This document shows positions 26,136 to 38,024 of a DNA stretch of 64,000 bases, piece after piece. Source of the DNA: Orbicella franksi (lineage: Eukaryota); assembly GCA_964199315.1 (NCBI GenBank), contig OZ116698.1, positions 25,730,001-25,794,000 on the forward strand, written 5' to 3'. Within the stretch, counting starts at the first letter, position 1, and the number at the start of each line of letters is the position of its first letter. The translations under genes and the position numbers were made by a program. A model generated the notes under the pieces. It saw only the letters and a list, made by a program, of their open reading frames with translations, made no database searches and had not been told where the DNA came from.

Positions 26136-29100
26136 GTAGGTCTGGAAATTTCATTCTTATTAGACACAAGCGGAACGAAAAGGTACGCCGGTCTACAAAC
26201 ACGACAACTTGAACCTTGTACGTGGCAAGCAACTATAAAATAATCTCCTTATGAGGCAGCGCCATTTTGCCGCTTGCGATTCCAAACTCGCTCGCTTATC
26301 AGCAAATAGATTAACTATATACACACATTTCTCTGATAGGACATTATCACCTCAAAAGGTACCACGTATTTTACCCAGGCATAGAGTAGACAAAATAATT
26401 ACCAAGAGAGAATGATTGCCTTATTTCATTACTGCCTGAAGAAAACTGTTTTATTACTGCCGTCGAACTGTAACCAAATCTGCAAGGCTACAAATATTCT
26501 GGACAACTACGTTTCAAGTAATAACAGAAAAAGGAGTATTTAACTCTATTCTAAAGTAACTAGTTTTTAGAGTAAACAAAGGCAGTAAGCTTCTGCCTTT
26601 TTAGATGCGTTTTTCTAATTTATTGCGGCATCCATGTGTAAAAGTTCAGTAATTTATGGAGGCTGCTTTTTAAAATGGTTCATCACACTTATTCTCGTCC
26701 ACGTGCTCTTTAATGTCCGGTTTAGATATTGTTTTTCCTCTTATAAGCAAACTGATGAACTGACATTAATTTTTCCGTGTGTGTTTTTTTAACTGACAAT
26801 CCCATCTTATTGTTTGACGCACGCGACAACGACCGGTGGGACAAGAAGAGTCGCAAGCAACGTCGAGGTTTAAACCGAGTGACTACTGAATAGCAACATA
26901 CATGGACATTCTCTCAACATCATGTTAAGTGCCATTGCAATTATACGGTGTTTCCACGGAACAAAAAATGACATTTGTATGTAGTGAACGATCCTGTGTC
27001 TTTCCTGTTCCTGTGCTTATCAGTTTAGCAACAACACTGAAAACATAACAAGCTATAACAAACTGGTTCTTGTGTGTTATATACGAATGCCACACTTTCG
27101 AGCCTCTCGATAATCAATATAACTAATGGTAACACCTGATCATGAACATTTTCCACTTTTCACTGATTTTACCTGTTTACCTTTCCATGGAAACTTATTG
27201 TTGTCATTAAAAATGTACCCTGATTTCGCCAGTTTCTACCGCACCCACTAGCAGGATTAAAAAGATGGCAGCTGACGTATATCACACGTTCAGATAAGTC
27301 TAGATCAACCGACTCATTTCGAATAGATGATAATGTCGGAAACCAAGAAATGAACAAAATCCCGCCACCAAGCAGAACAAGAATCATCTACCGAAGTAAC
27401 TCGAAGGGATTTGTGATTCTGTGCAATGTCAAGGCGTCAGATCATCAGCGGAAGAACTTTCCTCTGAAGCTGGCTGAACCGGGCTCTGGCTGGCAAATCA
27501 GTTCAGCTGATCGACTGTTCCGAATTTACCAAACAAAGCAAAATATCAACATAAATGACACAACTAATCGTAGTCATGATGTCAGGAAACTTCAACGTCA
27601 AAATTGAATGTTTTCCTTCCCTACAGGTTTGAGCGTGGGACGGTCATACATTCGATAAATATTTTAGTTGGGTTTTGTAACAGTTAAACATTCCTCCCTG
27701 GTAATTGTACATCGGGTTGGCAGTGGACAGGCTCTTACTGCCACTATCCTGATTTTGGCTATATTTTTATCACTAATCCCAACGCATTTACGAGGACACC
27801 AACAGACTATACTGACAAGACGAATTTTTCCTGAAAGGTATGCACTTCCCTCCTTCTTTAATCGAAATGACTTCACCTTCATAAGAAACATTCAATTCTT
27901 ATTGATAAATAACAACATTTGTACTTAATAACGTTTCTTTTAATGATAAACTTCTAACTGTTTTATTACTCGACGAATCAAAACCCAGAAGGGAAAACTA
28001 GACTCAAAAACTGAAGAGTCAATTCTGCAGATGGGCCACTAAATAATCAGTTTTACATTCTACCCAGCACAAAAACCAGTTTCGTTAAATTATTCAAAAA
28101 CAGTAGACTCCACACATCGAAGCAGTTTTCAGGGAGGTTTATCTATCTATCTTCATTCAGTTCTATTGCATCAACTTGTTGCTATCGGAAAAAAAAATCG
28201 TGCAACATATAAAGATCCCTTTGATAAAAGTTCAGAGCAAAGAGAAACATCTAATGGAAGGACTCTGCTTTGGCCAAGAAAATAATATAGTCTTACTACA
28301 AAATTTCTGAGGACTTTCTTTCGTCCAAATGTCTTAAATTACCACTCTTATTACCGTCCGTTCAGATTTAGAAGTAAGTTATTTTAGATCAAAAGCAGCA
28401 GAGTTCTGCTTGCTTTAACTAAAGCAACCACTTGACGGGATAAAGGTATGGAAGTAAATGCAACGAAACTTGAAAAACAGCCACTATTTGGTTTACCTGA
28501 ACTTTCAATATCATGGCTAAGAAAAAAAAAATTATTTCCATCGTTCTTTTTACAGTTCAACTTAATTCTCATTCACAACAAGAGAGCGTTTGCTCTGTGC
28601 ATAAACCTAATAAACAACAGAGTCGTTTTCAACTAACTGATCTTCGGAAAAGAGACAATTGACAATTCAGCAGGACTGACGTTGTCCCAAAACTACGTAA
28701 GTACTTGTACAGATGATTATTTTGTTAAACTTCGCCGTTAATACACCACCAGTTCCTCAGCAAGAACACAATGCGATCAAGTAGAACAACAGACGACCTA
28801 ACTTTATCTTCTGATAAAGTCAGTGGACTTTGGAACTAGCTGAAATGTCCATCGTTCACTCGAGATCATGTAATCCACCAAACAGCCACTTAAATCAGCA
28901 AAAATATCACCAATGTAGTTTTCCACTAGTTTTGTGATTCAAGACCAAGTAAAACAATTTTTCATTTTATATTTAGTGCACAACTGATTCGGAGAGTATT
29001 GGAAAGGCTAACAAAGGTCCCAGCGCCATAGACTAGCAACCTTTCGTGGCATTCACATTTTTCACCTTCCATATTATACAACATTTAGTTAGAAATTGCA

Positions 29101-31799
29101 CCAACCTTTCCTTATGTCTTTCATCTGCGAAAAATAACTAGTTCAACTTCCATGGGAATCAGTGTAAGTGAAAAAAATACCTCGGTAGCTCAGACAAAGA
29201 ACCTAAGGCAGAAGACGTGTAAGACAGTAAAGCGTTGTCATCCTGACTATCAAGGGCGTGACAAACTGGATTACTATCAGAGTTTTCGTAGCTTTTCGTG
29301 GTCCTCTGTTAAGATTTTTACTCATTTTAAAAGGCTACAGCATTTAAATTCCAGTGAGGAATGCTAGGACAAGCTTTAAACTTGGGTTTAATTTGTTAGC
29401 TGACATTCAGTCGAGAGTACAAAAGTACAAAGCAGCTCAGTCGTGAAAACATATGCCGGAAAGGATAAAGCACGATTGTCTTAGATTTAAGCACGATTTT
29501 GCTTAGAACTTGGACAACTAATGAAATTCAGCATGGTGTTTTCTCAGTCACAGAGGTCGTATTTAACTTCTTACGTATTAATTTCAGCAGGTCCTACATA
29601 GCTCAAAAAAAGGAAAGACAGTAAAGCGTTGTCGTCTGTTATCAAGGGCATGACATGACTGATTTCGTAGCATTTCACGGTTCTTCGTTAAATTGAAATA
29701 GAACTTCTCGTTTCAGAAGGCGACCGCACTTAACTTCTAAGAAGAAACGGCTAGTACAAATTTTAAACTTGGGTCGAATATTAAGTTATTCAGTCGAGAG
29801 AAGAAAATACAACGCGGCTAATAATAACATGTGATGGAAAAAATGACACGATTGCCTTCGGAGAGGGTTAAGCACGACTTTTGCTTACAACGCGACCATC
29901 TAATAAAATTCGACAAGGTGCTTTACCAGTCGTAGGTCGTATTTCAATTTCTCCGCTACAGGTACCGTGTATTTCAACAAAGACTTTTAACTATAGCATA
30001 ATCTACTAACATTACATCTGCCAAATCCTCGCTGTTTTCAATTATGCCAATATGGCTATTGCTTGTGATATGCAAACTACGGCTTTAGTCTGTAACAAAC
30101 AGGAAGTATGTCAAGTAGTCTTCTCCACCCTTAAAGTCAAAACTATTTATCCGCTTGTTCCATTCGCCCACGTATACTTTGAAGTCAAATCAGAAAAGAT
30201 TTAATCCATGAATTCTCGGTACAAAGAGCACACACTCGAAGTAACCACCTAATAAATTCAGTTAAAGCGTCTCAGTTCTTGTCGTAATTCGCCTTTGAAA
30301 TACATTACAAGTGGATTTAATTAATGAATTAACATAACAACAGAGCAGTAGGCAGCGTGCGTTCGACATGCATCGAGCTAGCATATATCAAGCCGCCATA
30401 TTGTTAAAGCATACCGCCAGCAGCAGCAGAGTGTCTTCGACATCAAATCAGCTTTCATCAAGCCGCCATATTGTCAAAGAGTACGTTTAGCCGCTAACAA
30501 CAAGTACATTTAGAAAATCCAAATTAGCATTTTTTTACATTTACTAGTGGTACTTAAAAGTCATTAACCGTTTAAACATCAGAAGGAGCCAACCACTCAA
30601 ATTTTGAAAACAATTTTAACGACTTGAGAAGCTTTGTAACACCGAAATGCGTTTCTGTGATTATTTTTATTGCAGCAGCATTTGTACTTCTTTAATATCA
30701 AGTCTACAAAGTTGTGCATCACTATACACCATACTCAGACTATACTCAGAGCGTTTCCGCCGCATTTTCATAAGAAAGGAAAATATTCAACGATATTTTT
30801 GTGGACTGACGTGTTCTAATGAAATTTCGAAAACATGTTCTGAGCAGAAATGATGCATTTTGCCCACGCCAAGCGGAAAATAACACCATTACTGCAGATA
30901 ATGCTTGACTTCAACAACCTGTTCGCTACGAACTGCAGGTGATAGAATTCAAGGTGTTTGTACAGAACGACTGAATATCTCACCGCGCTAATCGACTTCA
31001 CACGAGAAATCGCACTATACATCTATTAAAGAAAAGTTACAGCTACCACGGACATTAATATCTCTATACTAGATTACAATCGTTTTCGTTGCTTTGAATG
31101 TTACTACATCTTCATGCGTGTGCTAAGATCCAAACAATTTTAAATTACATCCGGTTTTAAGGGAGTGGAGTTGTTTTCACTTTGTTTTTTTCCGCTTAAT
31201 CTAGCGACCTATGATAGAAAGTAGTGTCAGAATATGTGTCGACAAACGTATCTTATGTTATTACTTCAAGTTCCTTCTTGTAAAGCGGAATCGAGAATTG
31301 CGCTGGTAATTGCAGTTTCCAAACCGCAAACCCCTTTGCACGCTTCAACTGCAATTACAATATAATTTCATACCAATATAGCTTTGCCCGAGGAAGCAAG
31401 CGAAAATAACCCTGACTCAATTGTTACCGGCTTCAGATACGCGTGATGAACACAGCGTTCATTTTGAATAGCCAGGGTCAAGGTTTATATCAACATTCCC
31501 GCATAATCCATCTCCAGGCAATATTCGATTCTACAAAAAGATCATTCGAAAGACAAAAGTTGTACTAAATAATTTAAAAGTATCACGTAGAAAGCAGAAG
31601 CGGAAAATCCGCTCTGACCGTGATCTGAATTATGTATGCATGGTTACCTTTTCAAAGTAGCAAAAAATAATCTTTTGTTGGACTCATGGATAATCACATA
31701 ATCTCTTACAGACGAACTATTTGTTTTTGAGTTCTTAGCTGCTATAATGGCTTCCAGGATTTTCAGAGTGCTAAACTTTTCATCTTCTTCTGCCAACAG

Positions 31800-32072
31800 C
31801 CGACCAGAGTTTTCCATCCTCTTGTGGTGCCAAGATGGAAGGGCTCTCTAAGGACCCTCCTCCAAAAGATTTACAGCCTGAGGTAGGGGTTCAAATAATG
31901 AACCTTATGGACACCTATGATAAGCGAACAAAGAAGTTGTCTGGAAAGTACGAATATCGACTGGGATCTTCAGAGGTGACTATTGTGGCCCGTGCATCCG
32001 ATGAAATAAAAAGAGTCCGAGTTTACGTTCAGAGATGTCCTGAAGCAGCAGTTAGAACACAAGACACAGTGG
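31800..32072 (+). CDS. Cluster gene C, exon 2 (...EVGVQIMNLMDTYDKRTKK...QRCPEAAVRTQDTV)
   Basis: Acceptor ttctgccaacag|cc and donor gtgg|gtaagt, both phase 1. Peptide aligns with the exon at 57719-57970 (-). Confidence 0.88.
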
Positions 32073-32391
32073 GTAAGTCGACTTCAAAAGCCCATCGCCT
32101 TAACATAGGCTTACAAAAGAACCACCACATAGACAAGTTCTCCGATACAACGAGCAATGGGGTGGGCCCCACCCACAATTGTAAACAATTCACTCTGCTC
32201 TATCAACAACTGCACTACAACTAGTTCCCGTTGTCCAAGTTTAAGAGAACTCAGAATCTTGCATAAAGATAAAGATAAAGACCCACTGATGCACGACGTT
32301 TTTTTACTTGCCGTTTAAAAAAGTCAAAATAATCAAAGCTCGATATAAAATTGCACGCATAAACATTATTACACTATTGCGTTTTCTCCAG

Positions 32392-32661
32392 GTCCTGTTG
32401 AGCTACAGGTAAACTTGCAGCAGCACGACCACTCGCAGACGGTCGTGTCAGTTGATTTAGGCTCAGTGCACAGAACTGACGACGGCAATGCGGTATACCG
32501 ACTAGAAAAGGCGGATGTCTTGGAGAGAAATAAGTGGGAGCTGATTATTATGATGGGTTTTCATGCAGGAGTCGTCACTACTGTCAAGTCAAAACCTTTC
32601 AGAATCACCACAAGGGCTAGCCACAAGACCAGGAGTCCGGAACTACCACTAGAGAAGTCAA
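32392..32661 (+). CDS. Cluster gene C, exon 3 (GPVELQV...YRLEKADVLERNKWE...SKPFRITTRASHK)
   Basis: Acceptor gttttctccag|gt and donor tcaa|gtaagt, both phase 1. Aligns with 55221-55475 (-). Confidence 0.88.
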
Positions 32662-33079
32662 GTAAGTAAAACCTTTACTCAGCACGAACGAATCGACCAT
32701 TGGTGGAGCTTCCAAACGCCATGTTCCAGTACCATCACAGCTTGGTAAAAATAAGTCATGAAAATAAAAACGATTTCCTCTTGGTATGCTAAAGAAATGT
32801 ACCACATAGGAGAGTATACCAAGAGTTTGGCGCGGAAAAGATAGGGCAAACTGCACGCAGCATAGAGTGCAAGACTACTAATAAAATTTGTGCAAAGATC
32901 GCACTGGAGAATGTTTCACTCATGCGCTTATCACGACATATGTGCTAAGTAGTAACAGGTGTCTACATCCCAACCAGAGATTTTCTATGTACGGCCAGCC
33001 CGACTTAGTCAGCCAGTGATCATGTTTTGTCGTACTATCTTTTCTTCAGTCCGATTTCGTTACAAAGCTGCCTACTAAT

Positions 33080-33595
33080 GGCAAACCAAAACACGTCCGA
33101 GCTGAATTTGGTACGAGGCTGAGTGGTTTCCACCGGATTTACTTCAGTGAGTGGCAAAGTTCCCAATAGAATGACGCAAAACGCATGCAAACCAAAAAAG
33201 GTGCGAGCTGAAATTTGGCTGAGTTTTTATTTCTGGATCTATTCCAGTGAGTGGGAACGTTCCTTGTAGAATGACGAAAAACTCATGGTTGTAAACTCGT
33301 GACAAAAAAAACCCTGCGGGCTGAAAAGTACGAAGCTAGGTTTCTTTCAGACTGAGATCTATTTTACTGAGTGGGAAATTCCCCACAGAATGTCATTAAA
33401 CTCATGGCATTTTAACTCATGGCAAGCCAAGAAACGTGAGAGCCAAATGGAATGCAAACCAGAAAAATCATGGCAAACCAGAAAACGTGCAAGCTGAAAT
33501 GTACGAGGCTATGTTTTTCTTTTTTGTATATACGTTTTTTAATTTTGGGGAGGATCTATTTCAATGAGTGGGCAATGGAATGACGTCAAAGCGGG
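33080..33595 (+). repeat. Degenerate ~110-130-bp minisatellite (4-5 units) in intron 3 of gene C
   Basis: Recurring gcaaacca...gctgaa...gatctatt...tgagtggg...gaatgacg blocks. Confidence 0.75.
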
Positions 33596-33909
33596 GGCCT
33601 ACGATTAGTGCTCTGTAAAACCAGCACGCTTTAGTAATTACCAGGTATCCAGGTTGCTATCGTTAGATGTTAGAATGTTGCCAGTGATGTAAAATTTTCT
33701 TAGGCTACTCAGTAGTAGAACTGAAAGCCACTGCATTGCAAACTGTACACTGAGGTACGAATACAACAGCTGTAGCTACCAACGCTAGTAATCATAGAAG
33801 TATTTGACAGGTACGCTGGCTTCACTCTCAAAACGTTACAACTATATAAGGGAAGGTCTTTTTCTTAGAGATTCGAGTAACTAGTTAATTGTTCTTTGCC
33901 CTTTGTTAG

Positions 33910-34014
33910 GTGTCGCTGGAAATGACATTCAGAGAATACCCTCGCAACATTGTGAAGTCCAGAATCACTCGTTCAAAAGCTCCAATTTCACAGAAGTTGA
34001 CGAAATTGCGATAG
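33910..34014 (+). CDS. Cluster gene C, exon 4 (linker, SVAGNDIQRIPSQH...)
   Basis: Acceptor ctttgttag|gt and donor atag|gtaggt. Symmetric phase 1-1, 105 nt, open frame. No clear sequence homologue in the other copies. Confidence 0.6.
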   Translation: MSLEMTFREYPRNIVKSRITRSKAPISQKLTKLR

Positions 34015-34297
34015 GTAGGTTATTACCAAGTACTAGTCAAGCAACGCACGACAAAAGAGAAGGTGAAAACACTGTAGCTGTTTAAGCTGTTTGAAAATAG
34101 TTCCAGATAGGTAAGCGACTGAGGAGTGCGAGATAACCGAGTTCGAAATAACGAGGTTCACTGAGCTTCAAGGATAAGAAGAGCGAGACACTAAGGCAAA
34201 ACTCTTTATAGTGCTACATTCGTAGCAACAAGATTGGCGTAGTAATGTAGTACCATAGAGTTTAAAGCTACAACTGACCTATTAAACATTTCTTCAG

Positions 34298-34476
34298 CAG
34301 AATCCCTCAATTCAAACGCTGTTGTTAACAGAGTAGCCTCAAAGCTTCGTCAAGAGCTTTCAAAGCTTCATCTTAATGACGAGAACCCCAGCTCAACTCC
34401 AACATGTTTGAAGACAAATCCACTTGTTTTTGGCAAAGTTGTTCTGCGACCAGATACGAAACTTGACAAAAGAAAG
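34298..34476 (+). CDS. Cluster gene C, exon 5 (...KVVLRPDTKLDKRK)
   Basis: Acceptor catttcttcag|ca (phase 1) and donor aag|gtgagt (phase 0). The end motif matches copies A and E. Confidence 0.8.
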
Positions 34477-34819
34477 GTGAGTCGTCGACACAATGATGTC
34501 ATGTCACTCTTATATGAAAAGTATCGATTAAGTTGATAGATCATCAAGTTTTTAGACCTGACTGAATTAATTGCAGCACTATTTATCCTCATTTTGATGA
34601 GCATCAGTATTTCTTAGTTTTATAGCAGCAGGTTCGGGACCCCACGGTTACTCCTACTCCTCCTCCTCCTCCTCCCCCTCCTCCTCCTCCTCCTCCTCAC
34701 CCACCTTTACAACCCGTCATTGACCAGCTGAAACCAGTCAGTCTCTGCAGATCTGCTAATACATTTATGTGCAATGAAACGCTTATCGTTTGTTTTGTGG
34801 ACTTCTTTTGTTTCTCCAG

Positions 34820-35191
34820 GTCTCAATGCACTACAATCGTGATGTTCGCGCTCGGTACGTTGTCGAACAACCTGACCTTCCTGATCTGTTAAAACTTATG
34901 AGCCGCCGAACGACTTGCACAAGTGGCGGAAGAAGACGAGCAAATGGCTTCAAAACCGCCGAGGAAGACTTTTGGTGGGCGTGCGGGCTATGTTTCTTTG
35001 AGAGGCGAAAGAAATCTACAGTTAAAGCCCACGTAACACAACGAGTTTGCCAGAAAACATCTTTGAGGAAAGAAATGAGACAGAGAAGAAAGGCGTTAGG
35101 TCACTTAAAACGATACGCTAGCTGTGAATTTAGCACTGAAGGATTTGAAGACATTGAGCCACTGGCATGGAACAGTCCTCTTTCCGTCTAG
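34820..35191 (+). CDS. Cluster gene C, terminal exon 6 with CCHC finger (WWACGLC...H...C). Spliced CDS is 1377 nt = 458 aa.
   Basis: Acceptor tttctccag|gtc, open to the stop at 35191. The six exons sum to a multiple of 3 with no internal stops. Confidence 0.88.
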   Translation, partial: VSMHYNRDVRARYVVEQPDLPDLLKLMSRRTTCTSGGRRRANGFKTAEEDFWWACGLCFFERRKKSTVKAHVTQRVCQKTSLRKEMRQRRKALGHLKRYASCEFSTEGFEDIEPLAWNSPLSV

Positions 35192-37531
35192 CTGAATCAA
35201 ATGGTACTTTTAGAACCATCCACTTCGGATTGTGTCCCAACACTTTACAGCAGCAAGACTGTGGTTTCAAACAAAGTGCAGGATCGAAGCCGAAGTGCAA
35301 AAAAGTAGATGCAGATTATACTTCGTGTAATTACGGATTTAGATCTGTCGAAACGTAGTCGGCTAACAGCAAAGATGTTCCAACTGCATATGATTTACTG
35401 CACTATCTTAATATTCCTACCCAACACCAGAATCGTTGCGTATTGCAGCATCGTGCATCAACATATTACTGAGACGTGATCTACAGACATTTCAGTCTTC
35501 TTATGGATTCAAGAGCCCAACTCGTATACTGAAAGCGCGTTTCCAATAAAGGCGAAAAGGAAAATATTAAGAACATGCAGTAAAATCAAATAGCATAGTA
35601 CATAGACAGAAAAGAAATATATCTAAGAACTACCCCGGAACATATGGCACATAAACATATGTCTATATTATTTAGTAACAATAATTATACTAGTATTTTA
35701 TCGCAGATGTGGTCACCTTATGGCCCATATTCATATTTATATCGATCGAACTAAATAACCCACTAGCATCGCTTTTGAAGAGCAAATCGGTAATGTTTCT
35801 CATCAAAGAAATCACGGCTGAAGGCTGCAAGGATGAAAACATTGCCCATGCCAAAACGGTGGGATGATACCCAAGGTTTAGAAGGAATTGCCCTTTTAAC
35901 CGGAGTCTTGGGAGTGACTTTAAATCAACTAACCCAATATGCATAAGCTCTGTTGTACTTAACACTATGCCGTACTAGCGCCCACCGCAGGCAGGGTAAG
36001 TTTTTCCTCGGGCTTCTAAAGTTCGTTAAGAATCAAACTTTGAAGCACATGCTACTTAATTATCATTCTAGAAGGGAAAATAAGACTAGATAACTAACTA
36101 GGCGCTGTGAAAGCGCTATCAGTGCAATAAAAGACAGCCTGCTTACTAGGGTTATCGCTAGTTTCCGACCAAAAGTATATCAAAAGTGCAAAGTAAGCCC
36201 ATCTCAATATCCCGACAAGCCCTGAGTTTATAATTGCGCAAAAGGTGTTTTAGTGGGCTTATTACCGAAAAGAGTTCCGCATCTAAGGTTGTTTGAGAGA
36301 GGAGAGACGTTTCAGAATGACTTAAGGAGAGAGATCTTATATTATTGATGGAGTACTTCCCTAAAATTAAAAATTTTTCGCTCTGAGAATGCATGCCAAC
36401 TGATTCAATACATAAATTATTAAATGCAGATTTCTCACAGGCGAAGGAAATGTTAAGAACTTTTGACCCTTATGAGACCTAAAAACTGGTTCAACCTCGT
36501 TAAACAAATGGTGACGAGCAAATTGACAATAAAGGCCCGCGCAATTTTATGCAACTATTCTGAAGCGTGAGGTTCAAATACAAGTTCAGTTTGGTTTGTA
36601 AAGAACGAAACGTTCGACACAAGTTCAATTTCTAATTTTTCACCTAAGTGGAACAGTTATACAGATTTCTAGATTAACCAAAACAGTCAGAACGTGCACT
36701 CTTAATTTAGTAAATATTTTGAGCTCATAACACTACACAACTATCATATATAAGTTAGTACTTATTTCGACCACACGAAATGGAAAAAATCTCGTTCACA
36801 CTAACTCAGCAGGGTTAGGTTTACCACGGGGTTTCAATAAATTAACTTGTACTTGTAATAATGGGAGCTTTGATGTCTATGAACATAGGTAGTAAATGAT
36901 CTAAAGGCACAAACTTAAGAATTTAAACCACTTTATCTAATGTGAGCAGGGTATTAGCCAAGGTAATGGCAAAAAAGTAGTATTTATTAATAATCAAATA
37001 GTTTATCTGGTAGATGATAGATATGCTTACAAAAAAGGTAGTTAGACTATGAAAGGGGTGGTATTGTTATTATAAAAGGTGTCGGGGTACTAATAGTTTT
37101 TCCATGTATAAGGTCATCAATAGTCTATCACGATTACAAATTGTCTATTATACCTGACTTCTCATGGCCAACTCATGGAGTTCTTGGACTTTGTTTTACT
37201 GAAGTGAGGAAGAAACATTATTCAATAAACCACAAGAGAACAATTTCGTAAGGACATGATCATTACTATAAAAATCAGTTCTCTCCTTCCTGAGCAGAGA
37301 GAGAGAAGACAGCCACTAATCATATGTCTGCAGCAAGAAAGTTCAGAAAATCCTAAAGACCTGCTTAATTCATGAAGATTCTTTTATACAGTCATGATAT
37401 ACCTTTGGCGCAGAATACTTAGTTCAGCTTTCCCATCTCCCCATTATCATCCTCCATGATTAAACCAGCTAAAATTCAAAAAATTTACTGCTGGTAATTC
37501 GTATGGACAAACATCACCTTCTCTTATGATT

Positions 37532-38024
37532 TAGTAGGACCCCACTAATTCGAACTTGGTTACTTTGAAATTCCCGTTATATCGAACACAAATGCATTTC
37601 CCTTGGATTTTCCCTTGTTTTCCAGTAATTTACAATCGGTTATTACGAACTCGGCTATTTTGAACTCCCCGCTATCATGAACTGATTTCTCTTTCCTTTG
37701 GCCTAAAATAAACCCCACTTGTTTCGAGCTCAGTTCCTAGAGTTTGAAAAATAAACATCATCATGGTGTCAGACCACGTTAGAACAAGCTGCAAATTGGG
37801 CTTTTCATTGCACTTTAATCTTGTACTGTAATGAACTTCGTCCTCGGGTGTTTCTCTTACGGTCTCTGTGTCAATACAAAAATGTACTCCATCGTGTTGA
37901 TTACATATTAATCACTATTAATTGTTATTTTAATATTTAATGCTGAGCCGGTTATTTCGAAACCCCGCTAGTTCGAAGAATTTTTTTTACAACCTTCGAG
38001 TTTGAAATAGCGGGGTTCAACTTA
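37532..38024. mobile_element. pogo/Tigger-like MITE with degenerate ~24-bp TIRs
   Basis: tagtaggaccccactaattcgaac at the left end and gtttgaaatagcggggttcaactta at the right end, with repeated ccgctatttcgaa-like motifs inside. Confidence 0.65.
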
